A stretch of DNA of 63,990 nucleotides, counting the filler, from Atractiella rhizophila (taxonomy: Eukaryota): NCBI GenBank assembly GCA_021432655.1. It is 4 parts of 4 records of this genome, joined end to end, with 100 filler letters (N's around TTAATTAATTAA, not from the genome) between each part and the next. Parts side by side here need not be neighbours in the genome. Positions count along the whole stretch, not along the records: positions 1 to 16,252 come from MU271910.1; 3 more parts are not named here. The stretch is one strand, 5' to 3'. The stretch's first letter is position 1. Every line of letters begins with the position of its first letter. The notes beneath the pieces were generated by a model, which worked only from the letters and a program-made list of their open reading frames with translations, had not been told where the DNA came from and did no database searches. Made by a program: the position numbers and the translations under genes. Of this stretch, positions 1-15,147 are shown in pieces.

Positions 1-132
1 CTGGGGAACCGTTCCATAGGTGGAGGGACGCTCCCCGTCATCCTTGAGGTCGATAGTCGTGACAGCAGGTTGTATACGAAAGAAGTGCTGGAGAAGGAGA
101 AGGAGAGGCAGTACTGGGAACGCGCGTCCTGA
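1..132 (+). CDS. 3' end of an unidentified protein-coding gene (partial)
   Basis: Frame 1 is open from base 1 (LGNRSIGGGTLPVILEVDSRDSRLYTKEVLEKEKERQYWERAS) to TGA 130-132, followed by AT-rich 3'UTR-like sequence. No family recognised. Confidence 0.4.
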   Translation: MGNRSIGGGTLPVILEVDSRDSRLYTKEVLEKEKERQYWERAS

Positions 133-559
133 TAGCTGTGACTGATGAAATTACTTTCTGTATGTATCTGTTTAGTTGCGCTGTAGCATGAATGATGCAT
201 CTGGTCATCTCATTTCCTTATCCCAAAGGCTTATCCATAAGGGAGTTTCAGTCGATTCAGGATGTAATTTCGTTGAAAACGTAAAATAGTGATAAGTAAC
301 ATAATCACAGGAGCCTTGACTGAAGCTCTTCAACCATCTCGTCACGATTTGAGAAGGGAGAAATGATACAAGCGGGTGAAAGAGAGAAGCATTGAATGTG
401 GGTTAGGTTGAAGTCGAAAGAACAACATCACATCTGTCGGGAGGTTGATATTACTTCTACAGACCGCATCATCTCAGCACTGAGACACGTTTCAAGTGGA
501 AAGGAAGAGACGAACAAGTATTCCATGTCTGTACTTTTAATTCGTCGTCTCCTCCTCGC

Positions 560-2637
560 TTAAGCATCGACCGTCATCCCTCCCATCTGCTCAGCCACTT
601 TCTCCGTCTCTGTTGCCACATCCTTCGCGGTCTTAGGGGCAAGTGGAGGTGCAGGTGAAGAGGTAGCCCGAGCCATCGAAGAGTAGGAAAAGCCCTCCTT
701 TCTGAACGACTGTTTGACTGGTGGAGGGGAAGTCAGAGGTGCGGCGTTGGTAGGTGGAGATTTGACTGCCGCTCCTGCTCCTGCTCCGTTCGCAGGAGGC
801 GGACCGCGAGGTTTCCCTTGCTGGCTCCTTGTCCTCCCATGGCCTAATCCTCCACCACCACTCTTCGTGAAGGCACCACCCAAAGTAACCTCTCTCTCCT
901 TCTCCTTCGGAGCTTGTTCCTCTGTCTTCATTTTCTCCAACCTCTCCTGTTTTTCCTTTTCCAGCCTCTTCTCGATCTCCTCCTCTCTCGCTCTCGCATC
1001 TACAGGCTTTGCGTTCCCGAACGGATTAGCAGCAGCCGGTTTCTTCGCCGCCTCCGCGACCCTCTCAGCTTCCTTCTTCTCCACGTCCGCCTTCCGCACC
1101 TCAGCTTCTTTGGTCAACCGCTCTTCAATCTCGCGCTCCTTTGTTGCAGAATCAATGGGTCGAGCAGCGCCAAATGGGCTAGGTTTGGAAGTGGCTGAGG
1201 AAGGAAGAGTGGCATGAGCCAGCTCGGGAGAAGCGACATTGGAGGATGAACCACGAGGGGCAAGCTCTAGTTTCCGACGTTCAAGACGTGGAGATGGTTC
1301 AGGGGCTACGTAAGCCATCAGTCACAGTCATGCGGTAAGCGACAGTGAATAACGGACGAGTCCTTTGAAATCCGACATTGCTCGCACTTCTCCCCAATCC
1401 ACTGCCCCTCCAATTAGCAGGCCCATCATCCGTCCCCCTCCTGGAATTGAAGCTATCCTCCCTCTTGAATCCAGGCTTCCTCCCATCCCCAACACCCAAA
1501 CCTGCAGATGGAGGAGGGCTCATAGGTGCCGAAGGGACAAACTTGGAACCCCTGGTCCAATCCCTCTCCTCATCCCCACCAACACCTCCTTCCCGATCCG
1601 CAAACCCTCCCCTCGGCTTCCCCCTTTCGCTCACGCTTCGTGCGAATCCCAGACTGCTGCCACTACGCGAAGGAGGGCCATTGTCCTGGGAAGGGACAAA
1701 CTTGGATCCACGCGTCCAGTCCCGCTCTTCCCCTTCATCTCGATCACGAAATCCATCGCCGCGGTCAGGACCTCTGAAGGATCCTCTGGAGGGAAGGGAG
1801 GGCAGAGGGCCAGTCCTTTCCCATTTGCCAGCCGAGCGGGATTCCTCTCGTTCCTTTGCTAAATCACAAGAAGGTTGAGGCATTAATCAGGAGCACAAAA
1901 AGCGAGGACATACGTGCATCTGCCACTGAAACACGGATAGGACGACCAGACAATTCAATCCCAGTTTTCGTCAGCGCCGTCTTCAAGTCGTCAAGCGTCC
2001 CAAATTCGACGTAACCAAAACCTTTGGGCCTTTCATCTGGACCCCTCACAATGCGAATAGAGATCGTCTGCATCCAATGGCTCAAGATGAGAACATTCAG
2101 GGTGCGGAGAGAGGTTGCTGACCTTAAGCGCCGAAAACAGGTCCTCGAGGTCCCCTTCAACCACTTCGAAGCTCAGATTCCCGACGAAGGCTGTGAAAGG
2201 TGGACGTGTGGGAAGAGGGAGATCTGGACGTTGGGGTCTGTCTATATTGTCCAATAAACGATGTAAGAAACCTTTCATGAGAAACGAAGAGATAAGACAT
2301 ACCGTCCTGCCTGCTCTGACGCGCATAATCCGGCCGTCGCATACCAGCTTTAGGATCGGACTCGTCCCTGTATGCGGCTATTCATCCATCCAGTTAAGGT
2401 CAGGCGAACTTTGTGGCGGAAATGGTCGGAAGGACCTACGGGCGGTAGGCAATGAGTCCATCTCGTCTGCCCAAGAAGTCGCTACCCCCACGGCCAAGGT
2501 GTTAGCCAATCAATGCCTGTCACTCTCGACCTCTCATCCTCCGGTAGCCCCTCTGAAACATGAAAAAAAGACATACGTCCATCACCGGAATCCAAGAAAT
2601 CATGGAGTGACATCTTCGTTTTTTCCTTTTTACCCAT
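560..2637 (-). CDS. TIF3: Translation initiation factor eIF4B (multi-exon)
   Basis: Spliced N-terminus MGKKEKTKMSLHDFL...SWADEMDSLPTAP; RRM (PPFTAFVGNLSFE...PKGFGYVEF...LSGRPIRVSVA); repeated ERDWTRG; ERRKLELAPR, SPFGAARPID and NPFGNAKPVD motifs typical of fungal eIF4B; stop TAA 560-562. Confidence 0.9.
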
Positions 2638-3952
2638 GTTGAATATTGCTTATCTCTTCTTACAAGGTGAGCTCTGGTGCTGAGTTGGATGTGAGAAATG
2701 ACCTGTTCGTCGTTGAGAAAATGCTTGGGAAAAAACTTTGGAGCGCAGCGCTTTCCGGCCGACTTCGGCGATTCCAGGTGAGTGCAACGACAACTCGATT
2801 TCTGCCATCGATAAGGATCAGTCGAAATCGATCATAGCGAAGATATATTTTAGTCGCTAAGAAACTTTACATAAGAAAAACTCCGGAACCCTGCCGCTGG
2901 AAGGTTGGCTGAACATGATATGGAGCCTTTGACAAGGAGATGGAGGTTGTCTTGTAGTCGCTCGAATGAGTTAAGGAGTTTGCAGAATCTAGTGCTGTAA
3001 GGCGATATTTTTCATTATGTGTGCTTTTGGAGGGGGCGTCTTGAGAACCCTTGAACCGTCTGTTGCGAAAAGTTGAAGAAAGCTTTGCAGTCGATGGTAA
3101 TCTCCTCTAGCCTTTGGTTGGCAAGGGGATGTCTGCATAATTAGCATTATGAAACTTCTCATGAGGTAAATAGAGCTGGGATAAAATGCAACAGGCCAGC
3201 ATCCGCTTTGTCTCATTGTCCATAGAGTATGACACTATCTATTCTTCCAGGGCATCATCCATGTTATTTCTGACAACGCTTTGGACAGCATCTATCCATG
3301 TTAAAGTTATTTTTCAGTTCCAAGAGTTACATAAAAACATCGCAAAAACAATTTTGTTCTTTCGAATGGAAGTATGTCCAACTTTTCTGCCGTTCAACCG
3401 TAAATGCTACCTGTTCCACAAAGAGTCCAAATAGTAAGACCCATTCGTCTGAAATTCACTGCGCATGCCATCGTCGATATCAGACCATTGACCATCATCA
3501 AACTCTGTCAATCAAAGTGGAAGAGTTTCATTTTGCATGTCATGATGACAATAGTTGCCGGGATGTTGTGAGCTTGCCAACGAGCTTCTTTACAATTAGT
3601 TAAAATTACACTGTTTGCTACAGTTCCTTGAAGCTGGGTGGTTTCCCTTTGTCATAAGCAGCTGACCCCCTTCACTGTAACTCCTCCATTATAATTTTGG
3701 TCGCCTTTCCAAGTGTTCCTCCAACAAACTTAAAGCTGTTCTCCATACTATTATCTGAGTGTTAGCCAAACGAATTCTCGATCCTCATTCTGTTGCTTAT
3801 GTTGATGTCCATTCGCGTGAGGCCGTGAGGAGGCTCGCGAAAAGGAATTGAGACTCAGTTTGATATGTTGAAAAGAACGAAATCATAATTGCAATATTTG
3901 CCGTTATATCACGCGAAAGGCTGCACAGAAAAGAGAGATGAGAACAAAGAGC

Positions 3953-5735
<1,783 letters not shown>

Positions 5736-6960
5736 TGTTATTTCTGTGATATGTGAGTCGAAATTCGAGTTTTCAGTGCAGGATGTTGTTGGAAATCGAT
5801 CCAAACTCCAAATGTCTTTTATATCTCTCACTCCCTCTCCTAACAGGTGCTACGGACCGCAGCCATGACCCTTTCTTGGGGGAGGCTGACTTAACGCATT
5901 CCTGCAGGCTAGACGAGCATTGGCATGAAGAACAACGACGAATCTCTCGAGCCTGTCAGGTCCAGTCATGCTGCGCTTCAAATGCTGCGGGAGTGGAGCT
6001 TGAGCGAGAAGGAGGTGCTGCGAAAAATGCTGCGTTTGTGACGCGGCGCAGCTGTTTCGCAGCAGAATCGCAGTCACGTCGCATTCGAGGAAAGCTGGGG
6101 CTGGCTACTAGTAAAGGCTAAAGGCTATGAGGATGCACGGTGGAAGGTCTGAGAAAGGGAAAGGGATAAAGTAAGTAAAGGAAGGATGGTAGAAGTAAGA
6201 GTGAACTCACAACACTTGCGCAACAGAAATCTGCAGAGAGGTTGCTATGGTCTTTTTGGATCGAGAAGCCTCGTTCTGATCTGCATCAATCGAGTCAAGC
6301 CTGCAACAGGAATAGCCAGCAAAATACTGCTCGCTCTCTCGTGATGGTGCTCGTGAACCCGGCTACGTCTAATTGGGCCTACCTGGGGAACGTTTGTATT
6401 GAGAGTTAGTTCGCCAGTCCCTGCCCAGAAACATGATGACGGCAATTTCTACGATGTTTTGCCAGTTCCACCTCCTTCATCGCAGACACGTCACAGCGAA
6501 TAAGCGAATATCGGGGCAATGTATCCCAGATATCTACTGGCTTCGCTCTCTATGTATCCTAGATACCTACTGTCGCCGTCTAACAGTGCGCAGATTTAAA
6601 AAAGAAATTGACATAAATCTAATCTACCAAAAATTCACGACGGGGATTCCTAACTGCATGTCCTTATAGACCGACAGGTTCAATCTCAACCGCGAATTCG
6701 TTTGAATGCGGTATAAATGGCGATAGAAGAATAATAAAAATTACGATCCTACTTTTTGAATCACGGTATCACATCAAGATCCTCCATAGGACATTTTACC
6801 CACAACGCCAAACCTCAATACTGCAACCCTCACAAATCCTCCCCTTCCGTTTCGAAGAGGTGCTCACCATCAGCTCCTCTCTCTCACCTCTAACTCCTCA
6901 CTCTCACCTCCAACCCTCTCCACCATCACCCTCAACTACTCCCATAGTCCCACACAGGAT

Positions 6961-8000
6961 TTACTTCCTTCCCTTCTTCCTTCCCCTTCCCTCTCCACCG
7001 CTGCTCGCTCCCTCACCTTCACTCGCAGACGTTCCACTAGCTCCACCCGCACCGCTCTTCTTCGCTCTGCTCTTAAGATGATGTTCGGGGATCCAGCTGT
7101 CCTCATACTTCTTCTCCACACCCGTCACTTCGTCAATAACCGGTACAGGCGACTTAGCGACCACGGGACGCTTGGACCGCTTCTTCTTTCCACCCGAGGC
7201 GACGAAGTTGGTGTAGGCCAGGTATCCGCCGCCGAGGAAAATGGTGGAGAGGATGAGGTAGAGGAAGATGAGCGCGGGGTCCAGGAAGCTCGACGGAGGT
7301 TCGACGACGGTGATGACGTCGTCGAAGGCTAGGGTGCGGTACGTGTTTTTATCCTACCGAAACGAGACGCTTCAATCTCCCATCTTTTCCTGATAGAAGG
7401 TAGAAGAAACTCACGGCATCCTGATATTCGACCCAGAGAGTTAACCCGATGTCTCCAGTGGGAAACTCGCTCCAAAACTGATATGGGACTTGGAAGGCGG
7501 CGGGCTTTCCATCCTCTCCTTCAACAGGGTGGGAGGTGGAGCTCCCAGAGGGAGGGATCAAGAGGTTATATTTGAGCGAAGTCGTCTGCAACGTCACACG
7601 ATCACCCACAAAATTCTTGGACGAAGAAAGGAAGACGAACGTTACGCAAGTGTTTTGCATCGCTCGCTTTGCTGAACGAACCTCCGATGAATGTGACGGT
7701 AAGCTCGGAGGAGGAGGGGTTGAGGAGAGAGATGAGGACTTGGTTTTGCTGTCCATTGTACACATCTTCAAAACAATTCGTGTTCAGTACGGTACGCCAA
7801 ATGTCGCAATGTTGACTAAAAACGCACTGTTGAGAGGGTTGTTTGGCCCAAAGGAAGCCTTCGCCTCAAGTTCTGGCGCGGGCGTGGACGAGCTGAAGAT
7901 GGAGGCTGCACGTCACCCCGTCAGCTTTGCGGTAAACCAGACGAGAAGGAGACATACCACTGGCGAGAGCGAGAAGGGAAGGGAGAAGGAGGAACTTCAT
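6961..8000 (-). CDS. IRC22: Translocon-associated protein alpha (TRAP-alpha/Irc22-like)
   Basis: Signal peptide MKFLLLPSLLALAS; lumenal VPYQFWSEF...LTLWVEY; VVEPPSSFLDPALIFLY followed by a TM helix; conserved YEDSWIPEHHL; basic tail. Confidence 0.85.
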
Positions 8001-9036
8001 TTTGCCTCACTTGCACAGGCAAAAGTTGACGTTGGGTGAGGATTTGACTGCCACGTCTCGATGGGTGTGTAGTCGCACCTCTAGTACACTATACACTATA
8101 AGTGAAACTAAACTTGTCACTGCTTCGCTTCGCATTTGCATTCGCTATCTTGGATTTGGAAGGGAGGATTTGTGGGCGAATTCATTGTCAGGCTTTGGAA
8201 ACGGGTATTATTGTACGGTTGACAGTATTGAATATTACTAGAGGAACTTGAGCGAGTGAAAGGTGAGACTTTGTTATGTTAGGACAGTTGAAGTTGGGAT
8301 GTTTGTATTTCTATCCTCGCAAGAGTCTGGGTTCACGACCGGTCTGCATTCTACGTTATACTTTCCTTGAGCTGTGTGGAGATAAGAGTCAGAGTGAAGG
8401 AATATTCTCCTTCAAACGAAACGAGCTTGCGAACCCTCTAATGATGTTGGTCTGTTATATGAAAGAAGGGAACGGAGTGGAGCAGGTGTGTGACGGTGCC
8501 TGTGCGGCTAGTTGTGGCTCCCTTTTGCCAAAATTTGCACGTATACCAACCCATGTTGCTGAAAATTGCTTTGGGAATGATAAACAGCAACTTCTCGACT
8601 CAATCAATATGCCTGGACAGCTCTGTCCGGTCTCGCCAAGAGTGTCCGTATTTATTGTTTAGTTGATTCTAGATCGCAACAAAGCCTCGAGATGCAGCTG
8701 AATGTATTTCGAGCATCCAATCAGCCATAGGAATGCTCAAAGCGGTTCTATGGACGATGTAATTCTCCTTTCTTGTGGTTCACATAAGTCCATGGTTCTT
8801 ACATCATTACTAGAAGCACAGGCTACGCACGGTTTAACTGTTGCAAGGAGCACAAAATTGGTAGTGACAGTTTCTGCTTGAAATATTAACTGCTTGCCAT
8901 TCTCATGAGAAACCGTGCGGCCTAGTTGATGACAAAAAACGCGCACATATTGCCTGGACTGTGGTTGCGCCATTTGGAAGCAGCACGTAATAAATGTTAT
9001 GTGGGAGATCATTGAGCTGACGCTTTTCATGAGAAG

Positions 9037-9696
9037 ATGTCCAAATTCAAGCCCCCTTCTGCCCTGCAACACCTCTACAACCCCCCACGGACACCACTCA
9101 ACCTGGTCGGCCGCCCAGATGCCATCTCCAACTTGCGACCGATGATCTATGCGCCACTTTTCCAGCCCTCCGCTCCATCTCTCACCCCGTCCGAGACTAC
9201 GGCCGCGCATCCGTATAAAGTGCGCGAGTTTGAGAGCGCAAGCGATTTCTCGGAGCGAGATTGGGAGGGAAAGGGGATGAGCTGGGAGAGTACGGAGAGG
9301 CTGAAGGAGATTCGGAGGGAGTATGAGTATAGGGACTTTGAGTGGAGGTTTCAGAGGTATCGGGTGGATAAGATGGCTTCGGAGTTTTGGACGAAGATGA
9401 ATACCGAGTTTGAGAGGGAGAAAGCGGCTTTTTTGGAGGAGGTCGATTTGGCACCTGTGGCTGTTGATGGAAAGGATGGAGAAGAAGCGAATGTGGTGAA
9501 GAAACCAAGGATGACTGAGGAGGAGGCGATGGAGCGCTTCTATGCTTGGTGGTTGGAAAATAAGAAAGGGGAGTATCGAGACTTCCAGAAGACGTGGACG
9601 AGGGAGCAGTGGGGATTGATTAGACCTGGATGGGAGGCATGGAGGAGAGCGTGGAGGTGGAAGATCACCAAGGCTTGGTACGAAAGGTTTGGGTGA
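9037..9696 (+). CDS. COA8: Cytochrome c oxidase assembly factor 8 (APOPT1/DUF2315 family), intronless
   Basis: LVGRPDAISNLRPMIY, FWTKMNTEFEREK and MERFYAWWLENKKGEYRDFQKTW match the family pattern (GPPDxxSNLRP...FWxxxNxxF...MxxFY). Confidence 0.8.
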   Translation: MSKFKPPSALQHLYNPPRTPLNLVGRPDAISNLRPMIYAPLFQPSAPSLTPSETTAAHPYKVREFESASDFSERDWEGKGMSWESTERLKEIRREYEYRDFEWRFQRYRVDKMASEFWTKMNTEFEREKAAFLEEVDLAPVAVDGKDGEEANVVKKPRMTEEEAMERFYAWWLENKKGEYRDFQKTWTREQWGLIRPGWEAWRRAWRWKITKAWYERFG

Positions 9697-9952
9697 GGAG
9701 TTTGGACGAGTACGCAGTGTAGTATATTTATGGATTGTTCAGCATTCACATTTCCTACATCGCACCTGCATACAAGTACTCATGGTGCACTTTCTTTTGA
9801 ACTTATTGTTTATTGAGGGAGACTGGAGTCGCGTACCCTACGCGTTCACAGTCACGTTACGCGCTCATTCCGCCCGTCAATAACGAACGACCAACAGCTT
9901 CCTTTCACAAATTCCTCTTGTTTCTCACGATTTGTATACGGATTTCTTGGAT

Positions 9953-12176
9953 ATGTGTGGACGCTTTGCTCTGGGGTTGTCCCAGGACGAGATATGGGAA
10001 GACGTGGAGGAAATGATGCCTGCCCCTCGACGACCCAGAAGGTGGGAAGGACGAGAAGAGTTCAGACCTCATTACAACGTCGTAGGTCTTTTATTTCAAG
10101 CTCAATAATGGATGGATTGCGGTATTGTAGAGGTTGCCGTTGTTGATTGTACCCATGAATTGTTGGAACGGGAACACAGGCGCCGACTCATAACGCGGTT
10201 GTTATCAGGGCAGACCTGAATGAACGTGGAGAGGAGGACGAGAACCATGACGGACTTGGGACGGTGGTTCAGACAATGGTTCGTCCAATCAGATTTGCTT
10301 TCTTCCACTCCACTTCCTGGTGCCCTGCAATGACGTGAGGGAATGACTTGATCCTTGTTCGGTGCGCAGAAATGGGGACTGGTGCCGCATTGGTCGAAGG
10401 AAGCTCCAGAATGGAGCAACATCAGTAAAACCTTCAATGCAAGGGATGATACTATTTCTGAGGGAGGAGGAATGTGGAAGGCGCAGAGGGGGAAGAAGAG
10501 GTGCTTGGTTGTCTGTCAGGGGTACGTCTTTCCTTTCCAAGCCGCCCTTCCTGTATTATGTGCTGCAACACGTTGATGAGAACGAAATGGAGCAGCTTCT
10601 ATGAATGGCTCAAGAAAGGGAATCAGAAAGTTCCACATTTCACCAAGATGCCCAAAGGCCAGAAATTGATGGTCTTCGCAGGCCTATGGGACTGCGCTAT
10701 GTGCGTAACCCTGCTGTCTGTTCTGCTAGCTAAAGAAATGACAAACCTTATAACTCTAGGGTAAACGATGAGCCCGTCTACACCTTCACGATCGTTACTA
10801 CTTCGTCAAACAAGCAGCTGACCTTTGTTCGTTCTCCCTTCCTCCACCATTCCAAGCTCTTTTCCTTCATCCTGCCCGCCGTTGTCCATGCGCTGACTTC
10901 CCTTTGTTACGTATCCCTTAAATGTGCAGCTCCACGACCGTATGCCCGTCATCTTTAACACCCACAGCCAATTCGAGTCCTGGCTCAACGTCGCGCAAAA
11001 TCCTTGGGGTGAGAAAGTGGCTAAGATGATGCAGCCGTTTGAAGGGTCACTGGAGTGGTATTTCTATTTGCTATGAATGGGAGACGACGATACTGATGTC
11101 TGCATTGTGGCAGTTATAAGGTGACACCTGACGTTGGGAAAGTCGGAAACGACAGTCCCGACATGATTATTCCTGTTGCCGAACGCAAAGGAACACTGAA
11201 TGCCTTGTTTGCGAAGCAAGCTTCGAAGGCTTCAACATCTGCTTCCACAAGCGCTTCCAATACCTCCAAGCCTGCCCCTCCAGCTTCTCCATCCAAAAAG
11301 AAGAAGAAGGCTTCTCCACCTCCCCCACCCAAACCTGAAGCAAAAGAGCCCGAAGAGGAGCTTGCTCTCAAGACATCTCGCCCAGGATCCGAATGGGACT
11401 CCTCTCCTGACCCAGAAGATGGGCAAAGGACCCCTACTCGCATACTTGAGGGAAAGAGACCAACCACTCCACCTTCGCCTACCCCGACTAAGGCATCATT
11501 GAGGAAGACCCCGTTGTCTAGTGGCAAAGGTGGATTGAGACCGAAAGGACAGCTAACCCTCGATTCGTACGATCTGTCTATGTCGCCGCCTAAAGCCAAG
11601 AGTTCGCCTTTCGCTCCGCCACTAGGCTCCGCTTCAACGTCTGGAGGGAAGGGTAAAAGAAAGGCGTCGCCTCCTCCGTCCCCCTCGAAGAGCGGTAGGA
11701 GAATCAAAAAGGCGCGAATCGAGGTAGAGGAAGAGACTCCTCCGACTTCTCCCTCCGCTAAGCCCAAGTCCTCGAATGTCACCCCCGATCGCAATCGTAC
11801 GCCAGAGCTGGATGGGACCCCTCATCGGCATGTGGAATCCGGAGTGAGCAAGTTGGAGAGGAACACGGATGTCATTCCGAGTCCCAAGAAGGATACAGGG
11901 AGTTGGAGCATCCATAGGAAGAGGAAAATGGACTTTCAGACTCATGCTGATGGCTCTGGTTCTGGATCTGGTTCTGGGTCTGGAGGTGCGGATGATGGGG
12001 AAGAGAAAGTGATGGATGTGGATATGGAGATCACACCGTTAGATTTTGGAGGTGGATTAGGTAGTGGGAGGAAGCCGAGAAACGTTAAGGGGAAGAAGTT
12101 GCTGTTTGAGGACGAGATTGGGAAGCAGACAGCGTCCCCGAAAAAGAGAGGGAAAGGAGGTTTGTTGTTCGATTGA
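9953..12176 (+). CDS. HMCES: SRAP-domain abasic-site protein (HMCES/YedK family) with long disordered C-terminal tail
   Basis: Starts MCGRF (Cys2); spliced motifs YNVAP, KWGLVPHW, TFNAR, RCLVVCQGFYEW, FAGLWD, FTIVT, LHDRMPVI, VGKVGNDSP. Confidence 0.92.
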
Positions 12177-12372
12177 TTCTTTATTGACTGTTTTGATTTG
12201 TCGTCGTCTCTTGATTAAGCACAAGTTTGTCGTCTTCCTTGATGGAGTGTCCCAAAACAATTTCTTGATTTGTCTCGTATAATGGTGTACATGATCAAAC
12301 AAGGTATTAAGATTTCTAAATGCATCGTTGTATATGTCTACGTATGTCTGGCGGATCTGGAATGGATAAAGA

Positions 12373-13643
12373 TCACAACATTGCTTTCGCTTTACCTTCG
12401 CTGCTCTCTACGATGCTCTCTACAAAAAGATTGTACTCATCACGAAACTGAGAAGGAAGCGCGTGTCCTCCATTCTGTAGCACCTTATACTCGACATCCT
12501 ATCAACCCAACCCGAACAGTCAGCCTAAGTCCAGGTGCCGAGCTGAGGAAAAGAAAGGCGTACACCAAGATAGCGCTTCAGAATCTCGCTCTCTTTCCAA
12601 TAAATCAGATTATCGTCATTCCCGGTAATAACACCAATCGCAGGAATACTCCTCCCCAGTTTCTCCAATCGCTCGGGTTTGACACGATGGAACATCCCCG
12701 CGCTAATCTGAGAGAAACGTCCCATAGCAGTTGAGGGTCGTCCTGTGTTTACTCGGCGCAGGAACTCGTCTTCAAGGTAGTCACGGTTGCCCCGCTCAGG
12801 CTCGTAGTCTCCCACTTTGTCTAGGAAGGAGTCCGGATACAACGTTTTCACTGCCAACGTGACGAGATCTTCTTTCGTCTTCACCATGCCGGTGGTGATG
12901 CGAACGTACATGTTGAGCGCTTTGAGAGAAGGAAGTCGGAAAACGATGTTGGCTGTGGTGGAGGTTAGAACAATGGATTGGATGCGCTCTGGTATCAGGA
13001 GACCCTGTCATTCACCTGGTTAGGAGGGGAGATGAAACGTGAAGAAGAGACATGCAAGCTCCTGTGAAATCATGCCACCCAACGAGACACCAACGACATT
13101 GATCGAATGGTCCTTAGACGTCCACCCAAGATGATCAAACAAATCCACTACATCCTTAGCCATTTCTGACGTCCTAAACACTTAACGTCAGAACTCGAAA
13201 CCTCGTAATCTATGGAAGCTCTGACTTATACGGACCTCTTGGTGTACTATTCCGACGAAATCAGCTCCGGTTGACCTGCCAAAGAAAGGAAGCTCACTCG
13301 CTGTATCCAACTCCGCGATTATCGAATGCCAAAACCTGATATCCCTGCCTCGCGAAATATCTAACCTGACCATGCCATCCCCAACAGGTCGAATTCAAAC
13401 CCATGATGAAGACAATCTTTCTCGCATCCGGTTTGTCTGAACCATGGAGCTCTATCCGCCAGTCATGTCAGGCACGTATAAACCATGAATAGAGGAAAAT
13501 GAACCGTAATATAGTTTAAACGCATCCCCTTCCTTTCCCACGGGCTTCACTCGCTTCTTGTCCAATGGAGCGAAGCCACGTCGCAAGCATGTAGCAGCGT
13601 CAAGGAACGTTGCCCCTGTGAACTCGTTCGTGGATTCCGACAT
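12373..13643 (-). CDS. Alpha/beta-fold hydrolase (Abhydrolase_1-like)
   Basis: LYYELHG, IVFIMGL, VLAFDNRGVGYS, nucleophile elbow GVSLGG, ITGNDDNLI (acid) and GGHAL (His); stop TGA 12373-12375. Confidence 0.88.
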
Positions 13644-15075
13644 TCTCAATGCTGTGATTATGAGCTTTTTAGACGTTCAATATAACGCCAACTTGAAGTC
13701 GCCTGGAATCAAGCTTAATCAAGTGTCGTGCGAGCAAGTGGACGTTTGATCCATTCCATTTTTGTAAGGCGTTGTTGAATGATGTTGGTACCGGGAGCCG
13801 GAAGTTGCCAACCACAACGAAGGCATCCCACTGGCAAACTGGCAACTTGACCAGCGGGAAAAGGTTGCGAGTGGGAGGCGTAGGATTCTATTGTACATGT
13901 TGGCATTTTGAAACGATTTCCTTTTCATGGAGGAAGTCGCACTCTGGGATGTCGGGTGTGTGACCATTCTTGAGCAACTCACAACTCTGCGTTGTCTTCT
14001 ATCCAAGTCTTTGCTTTGCAGTATGCCTAGTTGCCAAGCCTCAGTACTCCACTGCAGTTCTACCAACTGCGCACAGCTCTTAGGCACTTTCTTGCTTTCT
14101 ATTTGCGGAGAACTGCATTCATTTTACTATATCGTCTTCGCTACACTGGGATCATTTTTAGGATTCATTATCAAGTCCACAATACGATGAAGAGTTCTCC
14201 TCTGAAGTTTAATATCTGTCCAAGGCACTTAGGTATAACGATCATTCCTTGAACTACTAGGTCTACCAATTTCACTTTCCATTTTGACTCAATGTTTAGC
14301 TTGCTAAAACTGATATTGAACCTACCTAATTGAAGGAGGTCTCATTTACCTACAAAATGATCGGTGCTTCTGGGTATTTTCCGTCTTCCTTCACGCCTCA
14401 GAGCGAGCTCAGAAGAGAACTCGCCCAAATTGCGAATCTAGTGGCACGTAGCTTATCCCAGACCGCTTGCTGAGCGTCGGTTGCTCTCATCAACATCCTT
14501 AGATGTTATATTACCATCACAATGAACGCAGTAGGATGGGCGGGCTTTACAAACGGTCACAATTGACTTCTTGATCAAGACAACTTTCCACATGATCACC
14601 AGATTCCTCTCAGCTCTCTCCGCTGATGGATAGCTCAGCCGATCATGACCTGCATACCATAACATCAATGTCAGTTCTTCTGATCACCATATTTTGAACT
14701 GAATACCTGAACGCCGAATGAACCTTGAGGACCGAAATGGGTAGGCTCCGCATAGGGCAGCCTCCGAACTGCTTTGAGAAGATCTCACAGGGTCAACTTT
14801 TGGATCCTTGTATGGTTAGCAAAATGTAGAAAGGGAACCGTCCAAAGGCTACGGCCATAGTGTGTTCCAAGAATTCCTGGTCGTTTATGCCGAAGCCAGG
14901 AATGCCAGCAAAACAACGGCTTTGGCGAGCGAGAGCTCCGTTTCTTTTCATATTGCACAGTAACCACTCCTGAAATTCCAAACTCAATAAGTGGGTCTTT
15001 CTACATTACAGACCCATTCATGTTTAGCACCAGTCGAACAATGCCGCCTTGATCTCTCAGAGCTTCATACAGACC

Positions 15076-15081
15076 TATAAA
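15076..15081 (+). promoter_or_regulatory. Candidate TATA box
   Basis: TATAAA 72 nt upstream of the ATG at 15148, which lies in a GCCGCCATG context. Confidence 0.5.
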
Positions 15082-15147
15082 GGGGGCTCCTAGCTCTCAG
15101 CTGTAAAGTTCTGCCTTCGTCTTAATTTCACAGGACAAAGAGCCGCC

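Noticed and set aside
714..1878. Plus-strand ORFs of 94-167 aa opposite eIF4B, and similar ORFs opposite GLT1, HMCES, the DUF1445 gene and FRA10AC1
   Set aside because: Antisense shadows of genuine coding exons, with no independent motifs.
3160..3510. Minus-strand frame with three stops that looked like a decayed gene
   Set aside because: Three stops in ~115 codons is not clearly below chance, and no family is recognisable.
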